From Octopus sinensis (taxonomy: Eukaryota): DNA of 64,000 bases. The translations under genes and the position numbers were made by a program. The stretch spans positions 1-64,000 of the forward strand of contig NW_021833589.1 in NCBI RefSeq assembly GCF_006345805.1. Direction: 5' to 3'. The notes beneath the pieces were generated by a model. The model was not told the DNA's origin. It saw only the letters and a program-made list of their open reading frames with translations, and made no database searches. Shown here one piece after another: positions 1-12,721 of the stretch (positions within the stretch are counted from its first letter, which is position 1; each line of letters starts with the position of its first letter).

Positions 1-207
1 TCCACAAAATCATCGTATTCTCACGGCCCGGATAAAATCCCGGTCATTCTATTAAAAAACCTTGTGTCAAAGGAGTCAGGCTCCTAACATCTATTTTCAA
101 CTATTCAATCAACAACAATGTGATTCCGTCAATATGAAAACATGCCCTAATAAGACCGATACTGAAGCCTGGAAGACCAAGAGGAGACCCGGCATCTTTC
201 AGGCCGA

Positions 208-640
208 TTTATTATTATTATTATTATTTGCAACATACGTAGAATCATATTAGTTATAATTTTACTCGTGCAGCATTAAAAACAATCCTTTGAACCAGCC
301 TCCTCCAACCTCCTCTGTCGTGAGCGAGTTTCCTCAGCTCGTCCAGATCCTCACCACTCCTTAGCCTTTCTTCACACATTTCAGGTCTCCGTCAAGTGTT
401 TCCGGCAGCGTAACACGTGGACGTCCACGGAAGCTCGATCCCTCTTTCAGGAAGTAGCCCTCCATTGCTATGTTAGCTGGGGCAAGCATGTCCATTCGTA
501 GAATATGGCCAAATAACCTCCACCGCATATTGACGATTTCCACACTCAGAGGGCCAGTTCTGCATCTATTGTATAGCGATTCCTGGTTGATTCTTATAGG
601 CCAGTTCAATCCCAGTAGGGGACTAATGTCTATTAAGCAT
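208..640 (-). mobile_element. RTE-clade LINE 3' end fragment
   Basis: ORF 361-609 has RWRLFGHILRM..PANIAMEGYF..RGRPRVTLPETLDGDLK (RTE C-terminus). (TAA)n tail at 208-229. The 3' UTR matches the copy at 54393-55424. Confidence 0.8.
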
Positions 641-759
641 TCAGGCCGATTTCTCTTTTAATTTGCACTCGATTATGAAATTCTGTATTTCTGTTATTAA
701 TGAATGTCGTATATTATATCGTCCGGGCAGTTTATATCGTCCGGGGTGATGATCTACAT

Positions 760-2018
760 CAGCGGTTCTCAACCGTGGTCCCTAGAAAATTTTTAGTGGT
801 CCCCAGGAATTTTCGAAAAATAAAAATATATTAAAATTAAAACTAATTGTACAATTAAGTATAAATCAAAAACATTGAAATTAATCAAGCGGTTCTCAAT
901 CGTGGTCCCCAGAAAATTTTTAGTGGTCCCCAGGAATTTTCGAAAAATAACAATATATTAAATTTAAAACTAATTGTACAATTAAGTATAATCAAAAACA
1001 TTGAAATTAATCTGATTTGATTAGCGTGGTTTATCATTCTAGTTGTGGTTAACAAGAATCGTCGTCTTTGGTCGGATTCTTACGTACAATTTGGATTCAC
1101 TAAATTCATTGCCCCAAATAATGAAATAAAGGCAAAATGCATGATTTGCCATAAAATTTTGGGAAACAATTCACTGAAGCCTTCTCAACTTAGGCGCCAC
1201 AAAGAGTCTGTACACCCAGAAAATTCTTCCTCACATGAATATTTTAATGTCAAAAGAACGAATAATGAAAATAAAAAAAGGAATAACATCAATGTTCCCA
1301 ATGCTTGAATATCATCTCGGACACAACCCACCGGATAATGTTCTTCTAAGTCTGATAATCAAACATCTGGAAAATCTCAAGACAAAATTTGATGATTATT
1401 TTCCTGTTGAAGACCCAATTCCAAACTGGATCGTTCAACCTTTCTTGACCTCATTTAAAGAATATCAGGAACTCAATTTTCAGCAGAGCTTGATTGAACT
1501 TCAATGTAATCAGTCTGCTCAGATTATTTTCAAATGTACTTCATTATTAGATTTTTGGTATTCTCATTATTAATTACTTTTTATTGTTAGGTGTCAGATG
1601 GCGAAAGAATTCCCCATTTTGAGTAAAACTGCATTGGAATCAATACTTGCATTCCCCACTACTTATCACTGTGAAATGGCGATGTCGTGTCTGACTTTTC
1701 TAAAAACAAAATATAGAAATAGACTACGGGTACAAGATGATATGCGAGTAGCTTTGTCGAACATAGAGCCTGATATAAGTAAAATTATTCTGAGCAAACA
1801 AGATCAGAAATCTCACTAAATTACTATTAAATTTTCTGTTATTTTCATAATGTTCATGTTATTTTTATAATAAATATTCGAACATGTCTAAACCTGGCCC
1901 TGACGAGGCCAAAAATTGTGCGCTAATACCAAAAAATGTTTATTTTATTTAAGGTGGTCCCCACAAAATTTTATAGTGCAAAAGTGGTCCCCAGTCTAAA
2001 AAAGGTTGAGAACCGCTG
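760..2018 (+). mobile_element. Internally deleted hAT (Buster/Charlie-like) transposon
   Basis: TIR CAGCGGTTCTCAACC / GGTTGAGAACCGCTG. Perfect 8-bp TSD ATCTACAT. BED finger remnant (CMICHKIL..LKPSQLRRH) and hATC remnant (FPTTYHCEMAMS). Confidence 0.95.
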
Positions 2019-2165
2019 ATCTACATTAATAATCTTTAATCATTTGTAAAACTTATGATTTTTATTGATTTAACCGAAAATCTTACGGAATTAATTAAAA
2101 AAATATTTATTTATTTTAATTTATGATTATTGTTTTATCATTAAACGTTTCCGTTTTCTTGTCTG

Positions 2166-3152
2166 ATGGTTAGGATACTAAAAATTGAGTCGGAAAATCA
2201 ATTGAAAGAAGTAAAAGATTATTTACGATTTAAAAAGTACCCAATAAATGCAGAAGACCACATTAAGAGATCTATTAGAAGAAAATGCGATAAGCTATTT
2301 CTTATCGAAGATCAATTATATTATAAAAGCAACTCAAACCAAAATCCAAAGAAGTTTTTATGCTCTTTCGAAAAAGAAAAAATTCGAGCGATTTTAAATG
2401 ATGAGCATATACAAGGACATCCTGGGATTTTCAAAATGCGACAATTGATTTCGACAAAATACATGGGAATTAAACAGTCCGTAATTAGAGATTTTGTAAT
2501 GGTTTCAATCGTGTTCTGCATTTAATTCTCTGAAAACCACAGACAGTTTAAATGTAATAGATATTACCGATAAATATGATCGATACATGATGGATTGTAT
2601 AGACATGAGAAGATATCCAATTATAATGATGGAATTAATTGAATATTATTGATTGTTTCACTAAATTTGCCTGGTCTTTTGGAATTAAAAAGAAAAATTC
2701 AAAGATCATTTGTCCAATTTTTTTTTTTCTTTAATTATTGAAATAAGTTAGTCAATGATTAAAAGGCACTTGCGGTTGCACGCATGATGGAGTGTGCATT
2801 GCCGCGAACGACAGCTATTCCAATTGTTGGAATAACCATGACACTTCTCGAGGCTCCCCACGTCGCCTAGCAACTTTTCCTCCGATTTGTCCAATTATTC
2901 AAAACTATTCAGAACTTTTGGTCCTCCGAGAATTATGCATACAGATAATGGAAAAGAATTTCGAAATAACGAAATTCAAAAAATTTATCAAGATTGGCGT
3001 GTGACGGCAATTTATGGTAGGCCAAGACACCCTCAGAGCCAGGGTCAGATCGAACGATTTAACCAGACGCTTAAACGCTGGTTAGGAAAAAGTCTTTTTG
3101 AATCTCAATCTTCGAGATGGATGGACATTTTGGACCAAATATTATACAAATA
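2166..3152 (+). pseudogene. Integrase (zinc-binding + rve core) of the Ginger2-like element, 5' part
   Basis: EHIQGHPG..., HTDNGKEF, YGRPRHPQSQGQIERFNQTLK. Frameshifted and interrupted by a CRE fragment and a pogo element. Confidence 0.85.
2720..2884 (-). mobile_element. 5'-truncated CRE retrotransposon (165 bp)
   Basis: Minus strand reads RRRGEPREVSWLFQQLGIAVVRGNAHSIM*, followed by poly(A). 12-bp TSD ATTTGTCCAATT at 2708-2719 and 2885-2896. Confidence 0.9.
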
Positions 3153-3899
3153 CAGTAAAGTCTCTCGAATCCGCCATACCCTCGAATCCGCCAATTATAA
3201 TTAATAAATTCTCTTATCCGCCATTTTTCCTAGAAAAAATTCTCGAATCCTCCGCAAATTCTCGAATCCGCCATATTTTTTATAATGAATCCGCCATGTG
3301 TCCTAATTTTAAATAATTTTTTTAATTAATTTACTGATATATAATCAATTTATTAACACGTTACATCTGTCTTTGTTGTTGTATTAATGAAACGTAACTG
3401 TACAAGACTAAAAAACAATCAAAAAATTGAGATTTTGAAGTTTATTCACAAATAATGAATTATCTTCACTAAAAATTTCTGAGATTTTTTCAAAAAAATA
3501 CAACTTGCCTGTTTCTCGCCGATCTATTGATGATCTGAAAAGTAAAAGAGGATCTAACATTGTTTCATAACCTAAGATCTGACATTTCCCGCAAACAATA
3601 TTTAAAGTTTGCTGAAATCGATGATATACTATTGCTTGGGTCAATTCAATGGATCTTAAAGGAGCCATTTTAAATGATAGGATTATTACTGAGAAAGCAA
3701 AAGCCTTTGCATTGAATCTCGGGATTACTGAATTCAAAGGAAGCAAAGGGTGGTTAGTTAAATTTAAAAAGAGGAATGGTTTGAAATTACGTAATATGCA
3801 TGGAGAATCTGCAACTCCAAATTTTGACCCTAATTTAGTATCAGATTTCATTGAATTAATCAAAAATATTGAATATATCAGTCAAATACGCCAACCTAT

Positions 3900-5000
3900 A
3901 AAAATGTTATGAATAATTATTCAGAATTACCTTAATAACCATTCTTTATTTTCGAAACATGAAACAAAGTAAATTTTATTTAACTGTCGAAAACATTTGC
4001 ACATTTCTTCTTTTAGTTCATACACTCTGGCTAAAATTTTCCCTCGACTAAGCCATCTGATGTCTCTGTGGAATAATAGAGTGGTATGTTTTTTATCAAA
4101 ATCTTGGCACAAATTTTTAAATGATCGATAAAGAAGAGGCCTCTTTTTAATAAAATTGATCATTTTGATAACGTCAGTAAGAACATTTCTTAGTTCTTTT
4201 CCAAGAGTTTAAAAACCAGCACTTCTCTGTGAATGAAGCAATGTGTTGTGATAATTTCATCATTTTTCTGTTTTGCAAAAGCGACAAATCCTTTGCTAGA
4301 TCCAACCATTGAGGGAGCACCATCTGTGCAAATCCCAACACAATTTTTCCATGATATATTATTCTGCTCGAAATATATATATACAAGATTGAATATATCT
4401 TCTTCTTTGGTCTTACAGTTTATTTGTTTGCAGCATAATAAGTGTTCCTCAATCTTATTATCATTTAAAAATCTTACAAATACAAAAACATGAGATTCTG
4501 AACAAAAATCTGTTGATTCGTCCATCTGAATAGAAAAATTGCTATGAATTAGTTTTCCATTAACAAATTCTTCAATATTCTCAGATATGTCTTGTAGACG
4601 GCGACTGATAGTATTGTTCGATATATTATCAATCTGTTTGGTTGCTTCCTCCCCAAGAATTTTACTAGCAATAATTTTGCAGGCGGGTAATATCAATTTT
4701 TATCCAATAGTGTGATTCTTACGGTTTTTGGATATGAGCTCGGCAACAAGGTAACTAGCTTCTAAAGCTCTTTGAGAAACGTGAAGTGTTTTAACGAATG
4801 TGGCACTTTGAGTCTCCTGGGATTTTAACATGTTCTTGAAATATGATGATTTCTTATCTCTTAAAGAAAAGTGCATAGTGGCTAAATGCCTTTTCATCTT
4901 AGACGGGACCATCCCATCATTTGAAAGAATTTTACTGCATACAATACACCTTGATAGTGGCAATGCACAATCTCCATTCCATGTAAATCCATAGTTCAAA
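3900..5000 (-). mobile_element. hAT (Buster/ZBED5-like) transposase remnant
   Basis: BED finger CIVCSKILSNDGMVPSKMKRH, FSIQMDESTD, CTDGAPSM, RWLSRG. Confidence 0.85.
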
Positions 5001-5039
5001 TATTTTTCAGAATAAATTCGTATTTTTTTGTTTTTTTAT

Positions 5040-5710
5040 TCGCCGAAGATTGAGGTTGTTAGCAAGAATGTTTATATATTGTCCTGAGTTTATTTTTTCA
5101 TCGATGAAACATAACGAACCCATTCCAAAATATGAAAAGCATCCCCTGACCATAATTTTACCGCCACCACACTTAACATTGAGTGATAATTTGAATTCAT
5201 TTCCCCTTTTTTCGTTATATTATTTTTCTTTCTGCTGCATAATAAACTTCAAAAGTACACTCGTCTGAAAAAATGACAGATCTCCATCCTTCATCATACA
5301 TACCAATGAATATTTTCGATATTTCATATCTTTTGAGTATGTTTTTTTACTTAACAATGGTTTTTTCTTTGCTACTCTTCCAACTAATCCATTCTTATTT
5401 AAGTTGCGGGTAATTGTTGGCGGGCAAATTACTTTTTGAGTGATGGTTTCCATTTCTAGAGCGAGGTCTTTAGCAGATTTTTAACTATTGGCTTCAGAAA
5501 GTTCCACTAATATTTTGATTTCGTTTTTATTGAGTAATGTTGGTCTTCCAGACCCACTTTTTCTATAAATGGTTCCTGAGTCTATGTATTTTCGAACAAC
5601 ATCGAAAACGGTCGATTTCGGAACTCCGAGGATATCAGAAATTCTCCTATAAGAAAAATTATGCTGGTAATAAAAAATAATTTGTCCTTTACAAAAAGAA
5701 TCCATTAATT
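5040..5710 (-). mobile_element. Tc1 transposase remnant
   Basis: Paired-like HTH (SYRRISDILGVPKSTVFDVV, GSGRP) and RVAKKKPLLS. Degraded DDE region. Confidence 0.75.
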
Positions 5711-6089
5711 TTTTCTAAAATATTTAAAAAAATTAGCTCTTTTAACTTTTTTTTTAAAACAATAAGGACGTGAAAAGATAGCTAAGCTAATTACTGGCGT
5801 CACGAGACACCCGGCCAGCCTCGCGAATGGCGAAGCCGTTCCCTCGGATCACAGCAATCGACAGAAGTTCCAGAAGCCAAGAATACTCTCTTGGATCGTG
5901 ACTAGTCCTTGAAATCCGTCGGCCGAGCGAGCGAAGGAAGCGGAGTGTCTTGGGGCCATAATAGCAAAAGTGTCCGGAATTTTACGCCACTGAAAACACG
6001 TTTATGCTTTTAAATATCGTTTTATAAAACTTTTGTAAATATATTTTTTTAAATATAAAAATACAAGCCCTAACTATATACCCCACCGG

Positions 6090-6550
6090 GTCATACAAAC
6101 CCCATGTGCATGCAAAGCGGAAACAAGGAGCGAAAATCCTAAAAGGACTGAGACGTTTTTGTCTAAGCGCAGAAACGTTTCTACACATCTACCAGACTTG
6201 TGTTCAGCCACTAATAATCTATGGCTCGGAGGGCTGGTACCAAACTGATGAAAGGGACCTTCTAGTCGCCAAACTCGAAAAAACCAGACGATTTGCCATC
6301 AAACTGGCATTCGGCCTGGAGCTCAGCAGTCCGCTGGAGGACCTGCATGAGCGGAGTGTTGACACGATAGACGCGATCCTGGCAAAAACTCGAATTCGCT
6401 GAGGGAGATAAGACAGTCTCCCGGGGCAAAACCGAAGTTGAGACCTTCGTGGCTCTCGTTATCAAGCCCCCTAAGCTCTAATTCCTCGGCCACTTTTCTT
6501 TTGGAGCTATTGTATTAAATAAACCATATTCTTCTATTCTTCTTCTTAAA
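6090..6550 (+). mobile_element. LINE (CR1/L2-like) 3' fragment
   Basis: HIYQTCVQPLIIYGSEGW..RRFAIKLAF RT C-terminus, then AATAAA and a (TTC)n-like tail. Confidence 0.65.
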
Positions 6551-6895
6551 TAATTCAGAAAAAATAGAACAAGAAATTAGCGAAGAACTGTGTGAACAAA
6601 GTCAGAAAGTTGTTACCATTAACGAGGCTTTTATCGCTTTAAACAAATTAAAAGAGTTCTATAATCAAGAAGAATTCTTTAATATAGAAAATCTTGAGTA
6701 TATTGAAAACATTGGATCTTCAATGATCCAAACTCTAAGAAGAAACAAGTCGAAACTTACTGATTTTTTTGTTTTTAATTAATTATTTTGGCTTAATAAT
6801 TTAAATTATCAATGGATTAAAAAATCGATAAGTCTCTCGAATCCGCCAGATTTTGCCGATACCCGAAATTGGCGGATTCGAGAGACTTTACTGTA

Positions 6896-7370
6896 CAATA
6901 CAACCATACATAGAGCGACCAAAACTTCACCATTTATGCTATTTCATGGATCACCCGGATTTAATTTTGAGAAAGAAAATCAGGAAAAATCAGAAATTGA
7001 ATCTGATTATGGAGAAGAAAATAATATGGAAATTGATTATCAAGAAAATGTATTCCGAGGACTTTATCAAAGAGCCCAAGAAGAAAATAATATAAGAAAG
7101 AATTCCGCTAGAAAAATTTTAACATATATAAAAAGAATGATTCTTAACGCGACCAAAAATTTAAATAACAGAACACTCATAATTGGAGATGTCGTTTGTA
7201 TAAAATTGATTTCGACAATAATACTAAAACTAGGAAATATCCTCTCGATGGTGAATATGGACGTAAAAAATATGTAATTGTTGATGAAGAGTTACATTGC
7301 GCTAAAATTAAAGATTTAGAAACCGGGGAAGAAATTAAAATTAGCAAATCAAGAATAAAAAAATTATAAA
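6896..7370 (+). pseudogene. 3' continuation of the Ginger2-like integrase
   Basis: Removing the pogo element restores ILYK-YNTTIHRATKTSPFMLFHG. IGDVVCIK C-terminal domain follows. Confidence 0.85.
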
Positions 7371-8308
7371 AATAACTTTAATTTTGAATTAATCTGTTTT
7401 TTTAATTCTCTTCTTTCCATATTTCAAGTAATTTAACGGCAGTATGTTGTCCCCCTCCTCAATATTTGTTTCATCATAATAAAATAATTCATAGGTTTAT
7501 ATTTTTAAATCAGAGACTGAATGATCGAAGTTTATTCATAAGAACCGTCTTTAAATAATATATATAAAGACTTTAAAAAATTTATTAAATTTATTGTTAA
7601 TAGAAATTTAATTTTTAAAATTTTTAAAAATACAATTCTGCAGCATTTAGAGTAAAGTTAAAAATACAATTTTTTTAGAAAATTCAAAACAATATAATAT
7701 TTCCGGATTTTTGCCCGCGATCATGTATAGTTTTGGTAAGATACCTTCCATTACTATGTTCTGAACTCTGTGTTCTTTTATTATTTGTATTCATCTTTGT
7801 CGTTCGTGTCAAAGATGTTTAACAAATGATTAAAGATGATTAATGTAGATCATCACTCCGGACGATATAAACGGGCCGGACGCTATAACACACCACAATG
7901 AATATCCAATCTTAGGTAACAATGCACTGGAAGTGACAGTTCACTTTCCAACCACTTATTTATGTGAAATGGAAAAGTCTTGTTATTCTGACTAAACTGC
8001 TTTGGATTAAAATGATCCCGATTCAAAGTGATTTTTTTATGTTTGAACAGCCTCTGTTTTTAGAACAGTGGATGTTCCAAACGGAGGTTAGACTGTAAAC
8101 ATATTTCTAGATTATTGAATTTTCATACAGTAAAATTTAAATAGATATAGAAATCGTCAAGAAATAGGGTTTTGTAGAAAAGTCAAAAAATGTATTGAAT
8201 AGTTAAAATGTAAAAAAGATTAAATTATTGCAAAAATAAGACCAATACAATTACAAAATATCAAATATTATAAGAAATTCTGTAAGAAAACAATATATTT
8301 AATCAATT

Positions 8309-10984
8309 TCGTGCTGAACGCGCCAGAGTTTCTGCTGCCTCGTGCCTCAACAGTCTTGTTGAAAGGGCACTCCAGTCACGTGACACAGAATCATGGATCC
8401 GCCTTTTCTGTTTTGCACCTCTTGGACTTGGAACTTCTGTGCACTCTTCAGAAAACCGCAAGTCTTTGGCTTCTGAAATTAAAACGCATCTAAAATCCCT
8501 CCCTGAACGCCCTATTGAGGAACTAATTGATCAGCCTGGGCGGCACGAATTTAATCGGCCACGCTTGGGAGATGAGAGGGAGTGGATCAGAGGAGAAGTT
8601 TCTCGTAAATTCATGGTGGGGGACCTGCGGGGAGCACTTCGTGTTATTTCCAACGACGGCAAAATTTTGCCGACGACACCTGAGATCTTGGATCTACTCA
8701 AATGCAAGCACCCGTCGGCCCCGACGAATGTGCGGCCGTTCCATTTTATAAATTCCACACTGGATGCGAAAACACTTACGGAGGAGATACTCGCATGCAT
8801 TTCCTCTTTCAATGGGGGCAGCAGTGGCGGAATCGATGGCCTGCGTCCAAGCCACCTGAAGGATTTGGTTTCGGCCTCAGCGCACGAGGCTGGCCGGTCT
8901 CTGGCCGGCTCGCTTACAGCTCTGGTCCAGCGCATTATCGAAGGGGACATTCCCGTGATCGCTAGGGAGCTCCTTTTTTCGGCCCATCTTCTTGCTTTCG
9001 GCAAAAAAGACGGTGGGATACGCCCAATTGCTATTGGCAACGTTTTTAGAAGACTTGCTGCTAAAGTCGCTTCACGAAGGGCATCACAGAGACTCAGCTG
9101 CGAACTTTCGCCACTTCAGCTGGGTGTGGGAATCCCAAATGGCTGCGAAGCTGCAGTGCATGCAACCAGAGAATTCTTCTCGCAAAAAGGGAACTCAAAT
9201 GGTCCCGGAGTTCTAGCTATAAAACTGGACATTAAGAATGCATTCAACAGCCTGAGGAGAGATGTGATTCTCGAAACCTGCTTAGAAAGGGCTCCTGATA
9301 TTATCGGCTTGGTTCACTTGGCATATGGGTCAGACAGCTCTCTTCTTTTTGGAGATGAAATTATCAAATCGTGCACAGGAGTTCAGCAGGGCGACCCTAT
9401 CGGTCCACTGCTGTTCGCCCTCGGCATTGACTCTGTCGTACGGAAAGTCGATTCTTTTTTCAACCTGTGGTACCTCGATGATGCAACCATCGGGGGCCCC
9501 TCTGATACTGTGATTCAGGATATTTTCAACATAATTCCGACCCTCCGTGAAATTGGACTGGAAGTTAACGTCAGCAAGTGCGAGCTTATAAATATCTCTT
9601 GCTCGCACGAAGAATTCGGTTCCGCACTAAACAAGTTGCAACTTCGCCTGCCGGGGCTGACAACCACACCCATTGATGATGTTCTATTCCTCGGCGCGCC
9701 CATGGGCCAAATCCAACTTAAGAAGTCGCTATCTGAGAAAGCCAAATGGGTCACTGATTTCACAAATAAGCTCATGTTGCTTGATTCTCACTACGGATTT
9801 TTCGTGCTCAGAGCAAACCTCATGTTGCCAAGGCTTCTATATTTGCTGCGAACTTCAAACTGCTCTATACAATCCGACATGCTTCAATCGCTCGATACTT
9901 CTCTGAAGTTGGCCGCTGAAAAAATCCTAAACATATCCTTTGATGACGCTGGTTGGACTTGCTGCAAATTACCTCTACGCCTTGGCGGAGTTGGACTCCG
10001 TTCACCTCTGGACATGGCTCTTCCTGCATTCCTCTCCTCACGTGCGAGCTCCCAAGCCCTCATAACCCAAATCCTACGTAACTCTCGCGGATTGGAAGAG
10101 GACCGGGTTTTCTCTGGAGCTTGCGAATTCTGGAAGGGATCTGGATTGGCCATTCCATCTAACATTTCACGCCAATGGGAATGGGATGATATCTCCAGCA
10201 AAGCTAAAATGGAAGCAATCAGACCTACATTGGATCAGCATCGCCTCGCTTGTTTCGGTGCCGCTGCCAGACCTGAAAGTGGAGCGTGGCTTAATGCCCT
10301 CCCTTGCTCCCAATCTGGAACCCTTCTCGATAATGACTGTGTGATTGGCGTAGCAATGCGCTTGGGACTTAATGTCTGTTCGGGGGGCCAATGCCGATGT
10401 GGGAGTAAAGTCGATACCAAAGGACTACATCCCCTGTCATGCAGAAGGAGTGCTGGCCGTGCTCCCAGACACTCCGCTATCAACGAGACTATTTCGGCTG
10501 CGTTACAAGCAGCTGGATTCCCGACAGAACTGGAACCCGTTGGGCTTGACCGTGGAGACGGTAAACGCCCAGATGGAGTCACCATTTTCCCGTGGAGTAA
10601 TGGGAAATGCCTCGCGTGGGACTCCACGTGCACAGACACCTTCTCAAAGACCAATATAGTTGACTCCGCGATCAGTCCAGGCTCAGCCGCTGAGAAGGCT
10701 GAGGTACATAAAGCTCAGAAATATTCCAACCTGCTGGACAACTTTATCTTCTCCCCAATATCTGTAGAAACCTCCGGGGCCATGAGCCAAAAATCGTTTG
10801 AACTCGTCGTTAAAATCGGGAATCTGATCTCGAGAAGACGGAGAGAGCCTCGGGAGAAGCAATGGTTGTTCCAAAGAATATCCATTGCGATCCTGAGGGG
10901 CAACGTCTTCTCGATCATCAGCAGCTTAAGATTATGATAATCATTTTCACTCAATTTATTTAAATGAAAAAAAAAAAAAAAAAA
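8309..10984 (+). mobile_element. CRE-clade non-LTR retrotransposon, 5'-truncated, uninterrupted RT+RLE ORF
   Basis: Frame open from about 8310 to 10937. RT motifs KLDIKNAFN, GVQQGDP, WYLDD. CRC..H..C, RH and KRPDG restriction-like endonuclease. Poly(A) at about 10967-10984. Confidence 0.92.
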
Positions 10985-11169
10985 TTTAATATTTTTATAC
11001 AAAATTAACCATTAATACAAGAAATAAATTAAAGAAAATAAAACAATAAGCAACAACAAAACAAAATATAAATAATAACGTGCGAATATTTTATTATAAT
11101 ATAATTAAAATTTTTTTCTTGAATTTATTTATAATAATCATGTAACTATCAAAATATATCAAATAATCA

Positions 11170-11949
11170 GTCCTAAACGGTATCTAAAGAGAACCATTTG
11201 CTCCCCGCCAACCTGAGGACTTCCCCCTGGACGGCATCTTCTCTACGTTGGCACTTACTATCGATTGTTGCTGTTGACCTCGGGTGACGTGGAACAGAAT
11301 CCCAGCCCAAAGCTAACAATACAATGCCTAAATATTGACGGGATTCGAGGAAAGACGGCGGAACTTGCCAGTTTTTTGGAGGAGAACCGAATAGATGTCT
11401 GTCTTCTCCAAGAGACGAAACTTTTGGAACGGATCCCTACTCCTCTTTTTGCTGGATATGATGCACTACGATGTGACCGCAAGTCTGAGCATGGAGGGGG
11501 TCTACTGACCCTTATAAAAAGAGAAATAAAATATTTTGAGAATGCCTTACCGTATACAAGCTTAAGGAAGGACTCCAACACCGAAATAATTGGAATCTCA
11601 CTTATGACCTCCTACGGAAGACTTTAAATCGCCAATGTCTACGTACCTCTCCCAGGTTCATGCAAGAAGGGTTATCGTTTTGACCTGTCAAGCCTTGGTA
11701 AATTAGATAACTTACTCTTATGCGGAGGCCTGAACGCGAAGCATCCCGCTTGGTTCCGATATCAGACTGCCGATGCCAGAGGAAACCTTTTGGTATCGCA
11801 ATTGCAGAAGTTAATAATCCTTAACAACCCGAAAAAGAACACTCGGACACCCTACAACTCTAAGGACACGAGGACATCGCCAGATCTATCAATCTGCTTG
11901 CCTCGGCTTTCCCCTATCATCAAGTGGTCGGTCCGCTATGAGTTGAGTG
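11170..11949 (+). mobile_element. APE-LINE 5' half: 2A-like peptide + apurinic endonuclease (pseudogenised)
   Basis: LLLTSGDVEQNPSP, then NIDGI, DVCLLQET, GGGLLTLI, GLNAKH, TSPDL. Ends at WSVRYELS. Confidence 0.85.
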
Positions 11950-12650
11950 TATTTCTCAATTCCAAAGTCGGTTTCATTTTATCACGTTTCAGTAAAATCC
12001 GTAAGGACTGGTTCTGTACGACTTCCAGTTTGTTTTGTGCGGATATTGACAGTGGCGTAATCCACGACGCACATGCGTGTTCAATTGTAGGCAGTATATA
12101 TTGTTTGTATAATAACTCAAAATGAGGAATAGAAATATTGGAGATCTGGCAAAAGCTTTGAGAATTCCGATCTTCTTTGGATTCGTGAAACCAGTGACTC
12201 CACTTGATTTTTAAACGTCCTTAATGGGTCAAATGTAACTCCAAGGATTGAATAGTTCCTTTTAACTGGGATTAGTTGTCCACCCCAAGTTATTTTTATG
12301 TCCAGTGCTGTATGTTTCCTGTATGAAGAGATAATCGTAGTGCTTGATTTCCCAGGTGATATCTTCATTCGGTTTTTGAGAAGCCATGGCTTCATACGGT
12401 TAATCGTCTCCTGAACTTTCAACGTGGCTTCTTTGTAATCTTGATGTTTTGCTGCAATAATTAGATTGTCAGCGTATGATAAAATGATTGTATCTTCGTC
12501 GTTTGGATTTGGGAGATCTCTTGTAAATAAATTGAACAGGATTGGTTATAAGGAGAATCCTTGTGGGACCCCGTTTGGGAGGTATCGTTGTTTTGATTTT
12601 CGGTTATTCATTATACCGACTAACACCGTGCGACTAACACCGTGCAATTT
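11950..12650 (-). mobile_element. LINE RT C-terminal fragment
   Basis: ISPGKS..ILGVTFDPLRTFKNQV, and a YADN-like motif in the adjoining frame. Confidence 0.8.
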
Positions 12651-12721
12651 GACCGGGATCTGATCGTTCTCTGTTTTTTTCTTTAATTAGTAAAAAATTT
12701 TCGGAATGATACTTTTTTGCA

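Larger units (their letters stand above)
3153..6893 (+). mobile_element. pogo/Tigger-like transposon with nested insertions
   Basis: TIR CAGTAAAGTCTCTCGAATCCGCC at both ends, TA TSD. CENP-B HTH (EFKGSKGWLVKFKKRN) at 3649-3912. Confidence 0.9.
705..7897 (+). mobile_element. Ginger2/TDD-like integrase DNA transposon with nested insertions
   Basis: TGT...ACA termini and a long imperfect TIR (left TIR interrupted by the hAT at 760). 5-bp direct repeat ATGAA at 700-704 and 7898-7902. Encodes an rve integrase. Confidence 0.85.

Noticed and set aside
8439-8441. GTG at 8439 as the true CRE start
   Set aside because: The frame is open and homologous from about 8310. The element is 5'-truncated and lacks the PHD-containing N-terminus.
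8527-10874. Numerous overlapping and antisense ORFs across the CRE copies (also 44395-45315, 49219-49978, 57035-57950)
   Set aside because: Shadow ORFs of GC-rich coding sequence, with no independent motifs.
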